A DNA stretch of 64,000 nucleotides from Corythoichthys intestinalis (GCF_030265065.1 NC_080410.1:29762661-29826660); one strand, 5' to 3'. Counted from the first letter of the stretch, positions 1 through 14,141 are shown. Program-made: numbers and translations. The notes: generated by a model not told the origin, from the sequence alone.

Positions 1-1714
1 TCGCCCAGTGCCTCGGCGTTCTCCCTCAGGAGCAAGAAAATGGCCGCCAACTGCTCCTGTTGCACCCTGGGAGGACAACAGGATGGATGGACGCACGGAT
101 GGCAGATGGATGGACAGATGAGGGGGGGATTACAAAGTGGTCATATGATTTTTTGGTTTTTGTTTGTTTTTTTTTAACTCACTGGCTGCCATTGACGGCG
201 ATGGACGCCCAATCCATTTTGACCAAGAGAGGTCCCAGTCAAAACGTATTGGACGTCCATCCCTGCAATAGGACAGAATGATGCAAACTTTTCAATTTAG
301 CCATTTTTGTCCTGAAATGTCATATTTTGAACTCGCTACTGGTTTGAGATAGCGCAAGATTTTATTTTTATTTTTGCAGGTCATCGTTCAAAATCGCGTT
401 CTTTCGCAGACTCGTCTTCCATTGTTTTGCTCACAGTAGTGGATTAGCTGAAAGAAAAAAAAAAGAAAGTGAAAGCTCACCCTAAAGTGACATTCATGAG
501 GACAAGCACTAAAATGTTTTTTTCACCTTATTAATACTACAAAAAGTCATTAATTGGTCGACGAACAAACCTATTGGTACAGTTGGTGTCACATTTATGA
601 AGCTCTTATCAAATGACCCAATTAAAGGAAGGGTTTTTTTCTTAGGAGAATGACTGGCTATGGAGGACCAGGAGCGTGAAATGAAATCACTAAAAAGTGA
701 TAAACTAGTGCTGCAATGATTAATAGAAGAAATCGAGGAATTTGAATAACAAATCGAATTTTGCTGCTTTGATCATTTGTTTAATTCGAGTGACGTATTA
801 AAATGACTTATAAACTGCTGCTGCCTGAGATTGTTTTCGGCAAAAGACATCCATCCGTTCATCCATCATCTATCGCTTAATCCGGGGTCGGGCAGGCACA
901 AAGAAGCAGCAAATCAATCAATTGTTGTTCTTTAATAGTTTTTAGAAAATATTCTTTTGTAGTACCAGTAGTTAGATCCTCATAAATCTTTGTAGAGTTT
1001 CAGGCTATGCTCAGGTATTTTAATTTTGGGGGGGAATTTAGTGCTCGTAAATGAAAGTGCAATTCTGTTTGAAGAAACACTCGGGTATTTAATAATGTCT
1101 TTATTTAAGACATTTTTATTATTTATTTATTGTTTTGAAAATGCAATCTTGGCGCCAATAGATGTGCAAGTCAAAATAAATGTTATTGCAAGCATAAACA
1201 CTTCGTTTCTTTGTTTTACATATCCTAAAATTATTTTGCAACAGATCAAATGATTGTTATCCCATTTCTTGATTAATCAAACTAATTCATTTATAAATTG
1301 ATTACTTAAAGCAGCACTAAGTAACTTTTCAACCTTAAAAATTATTTTCATAACATTTGTGGTATGTTGACTGACATCTTGTTGAATGACACCACTTTTA
1401 AATCTTGAGGGGGTCTGCATCGCTACCACTGCAACTAATTAACTTTGAGACGGGTGGCAGGAACCCTGCCACACACAAAAAAAAAAAACTACAAATGTGC
1501 TGACTGCTTTACGGCATACGTCACTTCCCCCGTTCATTATAAAGACAGAAGTTGATGCCAACGCTTTTTATTGGCCCGGCTTTCACTCACTTGCATGGCG
1601 CCCCCCCCCCCCCCCCCAACAGAACTCGTCAGCACTGACCAGTTCGAGTGGGGTGGGGGGGTTAGCCACACGGTTGCTAACTGTCATATGCTATTGGTGA
1701 GCCCGTAGACTTCA

Positions 1715-2615
1715 TAATAGTATTGACAAATCAGATCGGTCATGCACTACGCCTCACCTTAAAGTAGGGGGCCGCCCACATCAAGAGGAGCTATTCACAA
1801 ACACGCACGCAGCGATCTAACGCCGGATTTCTGTTGAAAAAGTACAAAAGCTGTACCACATACAAACAGGAAGGATTGTCTCAGGAGTGATTTGTTCGAG
1901 GATTCAAGGTACTAATTATTATATTTTTCATACCATGCATGCATTTTGAAACGTTGTGGAAAAAAAAAATCAATGGGAGAAATTAGCCGCCACTGCATTG
2001 GCATCATATTTCGCAATATTTACGGAAAATAAATGCTGACTGCACTTTTTTTTTTTTTTGCTTTTACCCAAGAATCGAAACTGTTTTACCTCTATATCTA
2101 TAAAGAATTCAGGGATTTAAGCATTTATTCACAAGAATTTTCACCAGAAAAGCTCTGTTTACATAAGGCGGCCTTTAGCTACATTCAATAACAGACTAGC
2201 ATTGTACTTCGACATGTTTAAGTAAAATAAATGCTAACTGCACATTTTTTTTCTGCTTTTAACCAAGAACTGAGACTGTTTTACGTCCATATCTATAAAG
2301 AAATCAGGGATTTAAGCATTTATTCACAAGAATTTTCAACAGAAAAGCTCCGTTTACATGAGGCGGCTGCTAGCTACATTCACTAACAGACTAGCATTGT
2401 ACTTAGACATATTTACGTAAAATAAATGCTAACTGTACAATTTTTTTGCTTTTAACCAAGAATTGAGACTGTTTTACGTCCTTATCTATAAAGATTTCAG
2501 GGATTTAAGCATTTATTCACAACGAAACGAAAAAAAAAGCTTGTCTGTGATTCCACTCTGTCAGCTTTGAAAGCCTCGCCAACAATGCAGACCCCCTATT
2601 TAGCGGCCCTGCGTC
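1715..2615 (+). repeat. Composite interspersed repeat, copy 1: unique 5' module, then about 3 tandem 170-180-bp units, then a 3' module ending ...caatgcagaccccctatttagcggccctgcg
   Basis: The 5' module (1725..1915) is about 90% identical to 17745..17945. Tandem units start near 2040, 2220 and 2400 (core ...aaataaatgctaactgcac...ttttaaccaagaattgagactgttttacgtccatatctataaagaattcagggatttaagcatttattcacaagaattttcaacagaaaagctc...). The 3' module matches 18520..18600. Confidence 0.7.
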
Positions 2616-3376
2616 ATTTTAAGACACTATGTGGGTGTGCGCTGGTACTCATGGGAAATGCAGTCTTCCTTAAGGCAAAACACTCCCGCTTTTGTCCACA
2701 GGCGTCTAAAATCGACCAAAACCTAAAAGTTACCAAGTGTTTTGCTTAAATGATAAATAGCTGCAGCTCTAAAAACAAAAACTTAATTGAATTGTTGGAA
2801 TAAACTAATGTAATAAATGATAGAAATCTAGATGAACAAAAAACTAAGTCTATAAAAACGTAAATACTGTAGACATAATTAAAAAATGCTGACATAAATT
2901 CTGAAATAAAAAAATAATGAATAAAAATTGGGAAAAAAATGCATAACACTAAAATTATTTTATACGTTCCTGTCAATGTTGAAATAAATTTTAAACAATT
3001 GAAATAAATGCTGGAATAAATAAGTTATAAATGAATTAATAAGAATTTAAATAAATATAAAAATTGCTATACAAAAATCTCAATAAATCACAATTTTAAA
3101 TTTCAAAATTAACTATTTAATTTTGGCAGACCTGGTCCTCCATATTTGGCCTCAGAGGTCACTCACATGTGACATTTTCATTTAGGAATTTTCTCCTAAG
3201 ACCGGCACTGATGGGTTCTTCAGAAAAAACTCAAATACTTTGAATCCAAGTGTTACAGAGCCCCCCCAAACCCCGTAACGACCTCAGCAATGTGGTCGTG
3301 ACCAAGGGAACGCCAGTCTCACTTGACGTCAAACCAACTACATTTGAGTTTGTTGCTTTGGTTCCAATGTGCTGAC

Positions 3377-3476
3377 CTTTGCTCTTCCTCCAGTTCCTCC
3401 TTGCTCATCAGCGTCACCATCTTGTTGGCTTTCTTTCCAGGCGTGAATGTCACTTTTTCATCTTCTCCCGCCGCGC
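3377..3476 (-). CDS. mxra7: mxra7 coding exon 3. Acceptor ttgcag|GC at 3478/3477; candidate donor CAA AG|gtcagc at 3376/3375. Alternatively reads through to the stop at 3319.
   Basis: Phase 1 from exon 2 gives ...G AAGEDEKVTFTPGKKANKMVTLMSKEELEEEQR, matching human MXRA7 ...FSFKYSPGKLRGNQYKKMMTKEELEEEQR. Human continues with further exons (VQKEQLAAIFKLM...) that were not found in 1..3300, so they may lie beyond the window start. Confidence 0.6.
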
Positions 3477-3848
3477 CTGCAACGTAAGCAGGACATATCC
3501 CGGTAAGACATCGTGACACCGCTGTTGATCACGCGGATCTCCTAATAGAATTACAGCCGACTAATTCTTCGGCCTGGCAGGATGAGCTCAAAGGTTTTCT
3601 GGGAACAGAGGAGACGCACACGTGCTGGTAAGCTGCATTCAAGCGGCAGATGGCAGCTCCGCCCACAAACACGCCAACTTCCAAAATGCTCCAATGGAGA
3701 GCCCACACACACATTTCCTTCTGACAATCGCACAATTTTTCTGTAAAAATGTTTAGCAGACTGGCGTGATCCCGCATTAGGGTTGCCAACAGTCCCGGAT
3801 TGCGGCGGACACCCATTGTCCCGCCCAATCAGGGACTGTTGGCAGTTC

Positions 3849-5173
<1,325 letters not shown>

Positions 5174-5203
5174 ATCCACACATGTAAATGTGAGCATTTT
5201 TAC

Positions 5204-6185
5204 CATTTAGCTCCAGTTCCGCTTGCTCGTCCGCTGGCGCCACCACGTCAGCCGCCGGGAGTTTCTCCTGTTCGGATCTTAGCGACAGCACTTGCACAGG
5301 TTCACCCACGGTCCCTGGAAGTTGTTCAGGCACAGCCCTTAGGTCATTGTGAGGTTCTGGTTCTGACTGGACAAGAGGCTGTAGTTCTGAAACTGGTTTT
5401 ATGGACTGCTCTACTTCTGGGACCCCACGTGCCACTGAAGCAGGCATAGAAACTGGTGCGACAGCATCTAGTTTTGGTTCTGAAGAGGGTTCTGCATCCG
5501 GAAGTTGTTCCGGTACCGTTTCAACGGGATATTCAGAATCTTGTTCCAGAGTGTGACAGGATAATATGGCAGATTCGGGTTGGATAACCACTTCTGGTTT
5601 TGGTTTGGAGCACAATTCTGCATCCGGAAGTTGTTCTGGTACAGCGTTGACGGTGGATTTGTAGACTTGTTCCAGAGTACAACATGGTTCTATGGCAGAC
5701 TCTAGTTGAGTAACTGTTCCTGGAAGTGGCTCTGGTGCTAAAGGTGTTTCATGTAAAGATTCTGGCTGAGGGACAGGTTCTGGTGTTGAAAGAGGTTCTA
5801 GCTGAGGTTTAGTTTCTTGAACTGGATCTGGTGCTGAAAGCGTTTCAAGTACAGGTACTGGCTGAGAGACTGTTTCTGATGTTGAAGGTTGGTCAAGCAC
5901 AGGTTCTTGCTCTGGCTCTGATTCGGCGACAGCAGTTTCCTGCCCTGAAGGTGATGCTAAAACTAGCTCAGATTCAGAGCCAAATTCATCTGGCAAAAGC
6001 TCTGAAACTATGGGTTTTGTCTGTGCTTCTATAAGTGGGTCTGGCACTGAAACAGTTTCCTGGAAAGACGCAGATTGTGAGACAGGTTCTGATCTGCAAA
6101 CTGGTTCAACTAAGTTGTCTTCTGACTGGGATTCTTGAACAGGTTCTGAATCCTTTCTGGAAACCGCTTCAGGTTGTGGGCCCGC
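5204..6185 (-). CDS. mxra7: mxra7 coding exon 2: 327-codon Pro/Glu/Val-rich low-complexity exon. Acceptor cctag|GCG at 6187/6186; donor AAT G|gtaaaa at 5203/5202.
   Basis: Open frame of ORF 5127..6047(-) extends upstream to an AG acceptor. Phases match exon 1 (phase 0 in, phase 1 out into exon 3). Contains an internal tandem duplication of about 130 bp (repeated ESAI..C.TLEQ..VPEQLPDAE motif). Human MXRA7 has a short Pro/Glu-rich middle section in the equivalent place. Confidence 0.55.
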
Positions 6186-7154
6186 CTAGGAAGATTAAAT
6201 GTCAAACTCAGTCACAAATCGGCAGTGAAGGATAATAATTTGGAGCTATTAACAACGATAGACTTGAATGAGCAAACATGGGTGATCTGGGAAGCACAAC
6301 CTTCCCCGTCCTGTCAATTGCAGGTCTGGTTGTTGACAAGCTGCCACCACCTGCTGCTGACACACAACCACACATGGTACGTCCCCTACATATGAACACT
6401 GTCAAGTTTCTTGAAACTCAACACCCTCCCCCAACGCCACAGTGTACCCTAACAGACATGAACACCAGGTGTGAGCATCACCACCAAATACGGTCGCTGC
6501 TCATCTTTGCAAAATTGCCCATTGGACCGCAAGGAAACTTAAGCCTAAGTGCAAGCTGCCATTTTTATTGTGGAATTCGGCAAAATTCTATTTCTCATTG
6601 GTCGGTTTTAGTAATGTTTCATTCTGTTGAGATTTTTTTTTTTTTATTCTCACAAGATAATGTTCATTCTTTCAGAGCCCATATTCACAGTTTTGGAGAA
6701 TTTCGACAATTAAAATGACCCGTTTAAACTGTAAAAGCTCAAGATTTTGGTCAAATCCAAGTCCAAGTCAGTGGGGGACAATTAAGAACATGAGTGCAAT
6801 CACGAACCGATTCTTTTAATTTAGGGCTCATTTGTTCATGTTTCAAATCTCCATCCAAATGAGATTCTCTGCTTTAATAAAAAGGTTCTTTTATGTTTTG
6901 TAACATACCTCTAAATATGATCTGTTCCAAAGGCCCGTTTCATGAACTTTCAAACACACTTGTTGCAGTCAACTCGATCGAGTACTCGCAATGGGAGATT
7001 TATAATCAGGTTTTAACTTGTAAAGTCAATTAACGTAGAACCAACTGGCGAATAACAAACTGTGTCAGTTGCTTTCTCTTAACGTGAAACTAGTTAAAGT
7101 GATCTGAAAATTTGAAAAACAGATTATTCTTTTGGAAAGTTGCAAGAAGACAAC

Positions 7155-7349
7155 CTGAAGCTCAGCTGCCAAACGTCTGGACGGAGGCTCATCGTCTGCG
7201 CCGGCGTGCGTGACTGAGGCGGCGGTCAACGGGGACCGGACGACCGGGGAGTCGGTCTTTCTATTCCTTCGGCGGAGGAGAACGGCGGCGGCCACCAACA
7301 GGGCTAGCGCGGTGACAGCGACGACGCTCGGCTCCACTTGAAGCTCCAT
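7155..7349 (-). CDS. mxra7: mxra7 coding exon 1 (ATG at 7349 on minus; phase-0 donor CAG|gt at 7155/7154)
   Basis: Translation MELQVEPSVVAVTALALLVAAAVLLRRRNRKTDSPVVRSPLTAASVTHAGADDEPPSRRLAAELQ is a hydrophobic N-terminal TM/signal segment resembling the human MXRA7 N-terminus (MEAPAELLAALPALATALALLLAWLLVRRGAA...). In frame within ORF 7065..7448(-). Confidence 0.6.
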
Positions 7350-7624
7350 GACAGCCGAGCGCACGCACGCATTGACGACGCGCGCAAATTTATACTCCAG
7401 AGTCAAGCTTTGAAACGCCACTCGACAGGCATCCGGCAAACTTTTCAAAATAATGTCGCGTCATAATTTGTTACTTCCGGGAAACCAAAATGAAATAGCA
7501 AAATAAAAATGAAATGTTACCTTAAAAAAGTTGAATTTTAATGTCAAAACTGAAAAAAACGTACACTTAAATGTCAACAAATTCTAGAATGACGTTATTT
7601 AACATTACACTTTTGATTTTAGCA

Positions 7625-8775
7625 TTCCTGGTCTTCTGTATTAGCAGGGGTGAAAGTGGGCCAGAACGATCAGGAACGTAGTTCCGGTATAATATTCAGG
7701 GCCGGAACGTAGTTCCGGTATACGGACCTTTGATTCCGAAAATATGATGGCAACTGTCAAAACGCAATGTAGAAAAAAAAATACAAAGCAGCCACACATG
7801 CATTTCATCTCCAAGAAGAAAACAATATACCAACATCAGATTTACATACGCAAGTGTTAACAACAAGCATAATAAAGTGCTTGTGTAGCATAATCCATTT
7901 CCACCGATATTTATTATTTATTTTATTCCACGGACTGCATGGAGGTTTCCCCAGCTGCTGCAGTGAGTCTGAGTCTGACGATGACAAGTCAGGTCAATGT
8001 GCAAATGCAAGCAGCAAAGCAAAACACCTGGACTCATGTATCCGTTCAATTGGCTGACATACTGACATGTGATCACCAGAGATAGTTAGCTCTGATTGGT
8101 TCAAATGTGCATGTTTTCTGAAACAGCAAAAAAAAATAAAAAAGGTAAATGCAACAGAAAATGGATCAAATCTTTAAGAGCAAGGAAAGAGTTAAGGAAG
8201 CTTATTTATCATATTTAGTTTTATTTGCTCTGATCGGGAGGTTCAGAACACCTTAGCTGTCAATGTGCACTTTGGACTAATATTTGTTCCTTTATGTTAG
8301 GCTACTAATTTCCTTATGGTTTAAAAAAGTCAATGTTTGCCCAATCTTCAAAATATATTCCATTTCACTCTGCATACTATAAGTCATTTGTACTTATTTT
8401 TCTGAATGTATCTTACTTACATCTTTGTTTAAAACAACACAAAAAAAGCAAATGTTTCATTATCTTCAATTTTAATATACATCCTATATTCTTAGTAGTT
8501 AAAATTGAGATTTGGCATTTAGTATGTGAGGAAATGAGGGAAATGAAAATTAGGAGATGGAAGTTCCGGTTATAGCTGTTTAATTTTGCAAATCATTGAA
8601 AAAATAAAATTTTGAATGAAAATCAGTTTTTGTTTGTGTTCTAGAAATAATTGACCAAAACAGTTTTCTTTGCATTTCAGTAGTTTCGACCCCCCCCCCA
8701 AAAAATATATAAATGAATAAAATTTCTGGTTCCATGGCGACCTTCACGTCGGGGAGTTCCGGCAAGAAATTCTAA
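7625..8775 (+). repeat. Unclassified about 1.15-kb interspersed element, copy A (uninterrupted), between the mxra7 start and the jmjd6 3' end
   Basis: Collinear with about 85-90% identity to 55170..55390 + 57365..58123 + 59283..59480 (copy B). Termini caggggtgaaagtgggccagaacgatcaggaacgtagttccgg ... ggcgaccttcacgtcggggagttccggcaagaaattctaaccac. No ORF. Confidence 0.7.
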
Positions 8776-8969
8776 CCACATTAATATCACTCAGCATGAT
8801 TTCAGTCTTACAAAATATTTTATTGGTCAACACAAATGATATTTGACAAGGCACGAGGGTTTCCTAGTGAAAGTTTAAACATCTTCACTGCAGGAACGTC
8901 TTGACCACAGTTTAAAAAAAAAAAAAAAAGTTTGCGCCGACATGGCGCCTGTCACCGCGACGTCGGCTG

Positions 8970-9101
8970 TCACCGCGACGAACTCCTCTCTTTGCTGAGG
9001 CAGTCGTCGTTCCCGCGAGTGTCTCCGTTGGCCGCCGAGCCGCACGTGCGTCTCTTCTTCCTGCGGTGGGACGCCGCGTCCCCTTCTGAGCACGACTCAG
9101 C
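8970..9101 (-). CDS. jmjd6: jmjd6 coding exon 6, terminal (stop TGA at 8972..8970)
   Basis: Translation [43 protein letters not shown] matches the human JMJD6 C-terminus (...[35 protein letters not shown]). Acceptor ccacag| at 9103/9102. Confidence 0.9.
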   Translation of the reverse strand, partial: AESCSEGDAASHRRKKRRTCGSAANGDTRGNDDCLSKERSSSR

Positions 9102-9412
9102 CTGTGGCGAGGGGGCAACAAAATACGTCAGCAGCAGCCAAAAGCTAGCGATAGGGCTGCTACAAACTATTATTTTGGATAGTTGATTAATCACTGTTTT
9201 GTGATTTGTCAACTCGTATATGAATCATGCTATTTAATGTTATATTACTCTGGGCAAAACATTTTAGCTGGAAATGTGTATTGTAATCAAAAACCATGCG
9301 CTAAGAAAAATCTATTATTTACTATCATCATCTATTATTGTCAGTGGTACTGAAAGAGTTTTATCGTGGCAGCCCAAGTGAGCAAGGATGCGCCAGCGTC
9401 CGCATCACTTAC

Positions 9413-9548
9413 ATCGGAGTCTGAGTCGGAGGAGCTGGAGGATGACGAGGACGAGTCGCTGGAACTGTCGGACGCGATTCCCGTAGACTCCTGCAGGTCC
9501 ACTCGGTCCGCCAGCGCCGCCAGATCGGGTCGCTCCTGCTTTAAAATC
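9413..9548 (-). CDS. jmjd6: jmjd6 coding exon 5
   Basis: (R)[45 protein letters not shown], compared with human [46 protein letters not shown]. Acceptor ttttag| at 9550/9549; donor GAT|gtaagt at 9412/9411. Confidence 0.9.
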
Positions 9549-9606
9549 CTAAAACACATAGACATGTTTAAAATCTTGTTGCTGTGACGATGGCATGCGC
9601 TTCTTA

Positions 9607-9795
<189 letters not shown>

Positions 9796-9818
9796 TCATC
9801 ATCTTCAGCATGACATTA

Positions 9819-10136
<318 letters not shown>

Positions 10137-10183
10137 TCACGAACGGTACGGCACCCCGCATGATCTAAAGGTGGGTCACTGAC

Positions 10184-10572
10184 CTGTATGGCGGCCGACG
10201 CTTCTCTCCGGCGAACTGAAAGAGGTCATCAGTGAAAAAGACTGGCACTTCGTAGTCTTGCAGTAGTTTTCGACGTTTGGCGTGCTCGCCGTAGCTGCTG
10301 TCAAAGATGTAAAGCGGGCTATCGTCGCGGGTGCCCTCTAGGTACTCCACGTAGTATTTCATCTTCATCTTGACGGAGTAGCCGTCGTTGTCCTCTCCGC
10401 ATTTGAACTTCTGGTTGCGGTACTTGCGTTTCAAACGCTCCAGGGTCCATTTTTGCTGCGCGGGCCACGACTCCTGACAGCGGAGGAGAACCACGGGCTT
10501 GTAGGGCCTCTCGAAGCGCTCGATGAACTCTTCAGGGCTCAGACGTACCGCGTCCACGCGTTCCACATTGTC
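10184..10572 (-). CDS. jmjd6: jmjd6 coding exon 2
   Basis: [129 protein letters not shown](R) matches human JMJD6 residues ~45-185. Acceptor cacag| at 10574/10573; donor TAC AG|gtcagt at 10183/10182. Confidence 0.92.
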
Positions 10573-11388
10573 CTGTGGCGAAAAAAAGCACCTTTTCAAT
10601 TTCTTCCCCTTGGGAACTATCTTACAGACACGTCTGCTTTATGCATAGCAAATTGCTGTTCCACATTTGAATGAACTGGTTATGATTGGGCAATGGTTCA
10701 CTGGCAAGAGTGACCATGTTATGTACGATACAAAATCCAGATCACCAGCTGACTTTTTCTATTTCCGCCAAAATTTAGATTCCCATCAATTCACGCAAAG
10801 AAATCCTTGTCAAACTTGTTGATGACGTGGATTGTAAAACCAAGTAACAGTATTCAGAAAAGTTAAATTCAGTTGACATAGGTTTAGATCAATTTTGGTG
10901 TTCAAAATCTCGCATAGATCTTCAGAATGAGCTATTATTCTTGTTCTTGGTGAAATTTGATGTGATCAGTTTCCTGTCGCGTGATCAGCAATAAGATGAA
11001 TGAGCGGACGCACTCATTGAATAAGATGGAAATGGCCCATTTCATGCTTTTTTTTTTTTTTTTTTACCTAAAAACTAATTTCCTGATGACTAACTCATTC
11101 AATGACAGCAATCGGCGTCTAAATTCAGATGTACTGTTACGGCACGAAAGCAAAATTGATTTGGACGTCCATCGCTGTCATTGGCATTGAAATGTACTCA
11201 TTCAGAAACATGATCATTTAATACCAGCTCTCCAATTTTTTTGGTAACATATTCTGTAGTGTTGTAATTGAGTAAATGTTCGTTTAGATTACGTCGTCAC
11301 ATTGAGAATATTCTCGAAAGAGCGTCGATCGACGTGATACGTTAGCCACAGCTACCTAGCATTAGCTTATCCTAACGTGCCACATTAC

Positions 11389-11517
11389 CTTGACAGAGCT
11401 GTGCGACACGTTAAATGTATCGTGATAAGCGTGTTTTATCCAGTCTAGCGAGTCCTTCAACTCTGGCCTGGCACTGCGTTTGGCCTCTTTAATCCTCTTC
11501 TTGCTCTTGTGGTTCAT
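11389..11517 (-). CDS. jmjd6: jmjd6 coding exon 1 (ATG at 11517 on minus)
   Basis: The reverse-complement translates to [43 protein letters not shown], followed by gtaatg. Human JMJD6 begins [37 protein letters not shown]. The six exons sum to 1209 nt, 402 aa plus stop. Confidence 0.9.
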
Positions 11518-12002
11518 TCCTTCCGTTTCGTTCCCGTCGATACTTAAGCTAACCAGGGGCTAACGCTTTGTGTACTCATTCGCTTCTCAGCCGCATCGAA
11601 AGACAGCCGACCAAATATTTCCCTGATTAAGACGTCGAAACATGTCAAACACAATTCCGTAACAACTCTAAAGATGATTCTTATGACACTGAGGAGTACG
11701 TTTCACGTGTCTGCATGGCGTGTTGAGAAGCTTGATCTGTTAGCCGGCGACTCAGGTACACAAAACGCTTTCGCAAGTGCTTGTCACAGCGGGTCATGCC
11801 CCTAAAGCGATTATCGAATGCTCATTGGCCAGTACGTATAATAGCCCCGCCCATAAGAAACATACGCGGTCCTGATTGGCGGTTAGGTTTCCTTCCTCGA
11901 AAAGCGGAAGTGAAACGTATTGACGGGTTCAAAAATGTTTCTTTGACAACACTGCCGAAAAGTAAATGGTTTATTGAAAATGCTTTCGTATATTGAGAGG
12001 AT
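11518..12002. promoter_or_regulatory. Bidirectional TATA-less promoter shared by jmjd6 (-) and mettl23 (+)
   Basis: The two start codons are 485 bp apart and head-to-head. Inverted CCAAT boxes are at 11824..11828 and 11874..11879 (cattgg, gattgg). A GC box gccccgccc is at 11844..11852 and an ETS/GABP-like gcggaagtga at 11904..11913. The same head-to-head JMJD6/METTL23 arrangement exists in human. Confidence 0.6.
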
Positions 12003-12107
12003 ATGAACGACACAGAAGCAGAATCGTCCACTGTGACTCTCCGAGTTTTCACCTTTGAAGAAAGAAACAACAAGACGCACGAGTCGCTAACCGTGTCCAT
12101 ACCTGAG
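12003..12107 (+). CDS. mettl23: mettl23 coding exon 1 (first in-frame ATG after an upstream TGA; donor GAG|gtaagg)
   Basis: MNDTEAESSTVTLRVFTFEERNNKTHESLTVSIPE, compared with human METTL23 ...QKFTFEEKEHDVTLEFSIPE (by recollection). Phase-0 donor joins to exon 2, giving SIPE|VLDAHHGM, like human SIPEVLDPQYGM. Confidence 0.7.
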
Positions 12108-13254
12108 GTAAGGTTCACGGTGATCATGTCGAAGCCATAACACAAGGCATTGGACCTCCAATTCCAACTAGCTGTCAGGGGAACCCAAAGACTTCTGATC
12201 ATTTTTACATTCGTTGCGTAAATATTAGAAGGCCCACATTGTCAACTTTTTTCGCGTTTTTCACATCTGATTTTAAAACTCAACATTTAACGTTGCAATT
12301 TGCCCATTAGCGGTTCTTGTTGTATACATCCCAAGAGGGTTGTGTTTGAACAAAATCGTTTTTTTTTTTTTTTTGGTCATATTTTGTTTAAACTGACAGT
12401 TTTGTAATTGATTATTATCCATGGCTTCCATTGACAGCAACAGATGCCCAATCCATTTGAACCATGTTGGGCAGCCCAATGACTGTCGATAGCAACCAAT
12501 CAGTTTTAATTTGGAAAAAATAACCCTGGCTTATTCTTCTAATTTATGATTAATAAGTATTTGAAAAGTGACTCCGTGCGTGGGAAACTACCCATTCAAA
12601 GAGTGTAGGGACAGATGGCATGACTGAATAGTGTCACTCAATTTTGCTGTACATCTCTTGGATTTTACTCTTAACTTGCACTTTACAAAACAGGTTTATA
12701 TTTTACTTTATCCATAGGCTTCATAATATATTGACATGACACGGGGCGCAGGGCCGATCCATAGGGGGCCAACTTTAAAAAACTTCGAATATTTTCAAAA
12801 CCAAAGATGCTACCAACCTAAATCCAAATCAGGCACCTACCTTAGCGATATATGAGTCTCCTAGAGCAGCGGCATCAAAAAATTCTAAGTCGTTCCCTTA
12901 TAAAATCCAGATTATTTTTTATATAAGTATAACATAACTTAAAATGCTATAACATTCTCAGATTTTACACAAGATACACACAAATCATCAAATACAGAGA
13001 TAATCACCTATATTTTCATAATCAATAGCAATATTTAACATATCAAATAAGTTTTTTCCCAAAATAGCAACTTAATTTTTTTTCAACAGCTAATAAATCA
13101 CTCATTTTTCAAATCAAAAACTTAATACTTGAGGAAAACATGCAGAATCAATTATAAATCATTTATAAATAGATTATTAATTAATTCTATACGCAATCAC
13201 AACTTATTATAGAATAGAATAGCCCTTTATTGTCATTATACGGTTATATAGTTA

Positions 13255-13800
13255 GTTATATAGTTGCAGTGAATGAGGCTAGCTGCCGCCTGACATAAAC
13301 AGCTTTTCTGGCGAAAATTATTGTGAATAAATGCTTCGATCCCCAAATTCTTGATAGATACGGACGTAAAACAGCCTCGATTCTTAGTTAAAAGCAAAAA
13401 AACGTGCAGTTCGCATTTATTTTACGTAAATATGTCGAAGTACAATGCTAGCCTGTTAGTGAATGCAGCTAGCAGCCGCCTTATGTAAACAGAGCTATTC
13501 TGGCAAAAATTCTTGTGAATAAATGCTTAAATCCCTGAATTCTTCATAGATATGGATGTAAAACAGTCTCGATTCTTGGTTAAAAGCAAAAAAAAATGTG
13601 CAAATAGCGTTTATTTTACGTAAATATGGCGAACTATGATGCCAATGCAGTAGCGGCTGATTTCTCCCATTGATTTTTTTCACAACGTTTAAAAATGCAT
13701 GCATGGTACGAAAAATATAACAGTTACCTTGAATCCTCGAACGAATCACTCCTGAGACAATCCTTCCTGTTTGTATGCGGTACAGCTTTCGTATTTCTTC
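13255..13800 (-). repeat. Composite interspersed repeat, copy 2 (reverse orientation; 2 tandem units plus 5' module), in mettl23 intron 1
   Basis: Reverse complement of units and 5' module of copy 1 (for example 13700..13800 is the reverse complement of about 1800..1915). Confidence 0.65.
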
Positions 13801-14141
13801 AAAAATCCAAGCTTGAATCCGGCTTGGACATGAGCGGTTGCTGTCTTCAAATGACTATTACTAAATGAAGCTCAGCCCCCAGTGGTAAGGTGTGACGCAA
13901 AGAATGATGAAGTGTCAGGTCAACAGAGTTTTGAAGTCTATGATCTTATTTGGTTGCTTACGTTTTAAGAAATCTAACAACTGGCTAATGTCTGCTTATT
14001 TTCTGTGTAACACTCACGTTCATCAATCCGTGGAAGTATTCGACTAAAAAAACGGAAAATAGGAATGTTCTGAGGACGTGTCACATAAAATGCGAATGTC
14101 GATGTGAGTGATGAAGTGCTGCTTGTCCTGCTTGTTTTCAG

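Noticed and set aside
1990-2520. Regularly spaced direct repeats, considered as a possible CRISPR-like array
   Set aside because: This is a eukaryotic locus. The units are about 175 bp and contiguous with no unique spacers, and they belong to a dispersed composite element.
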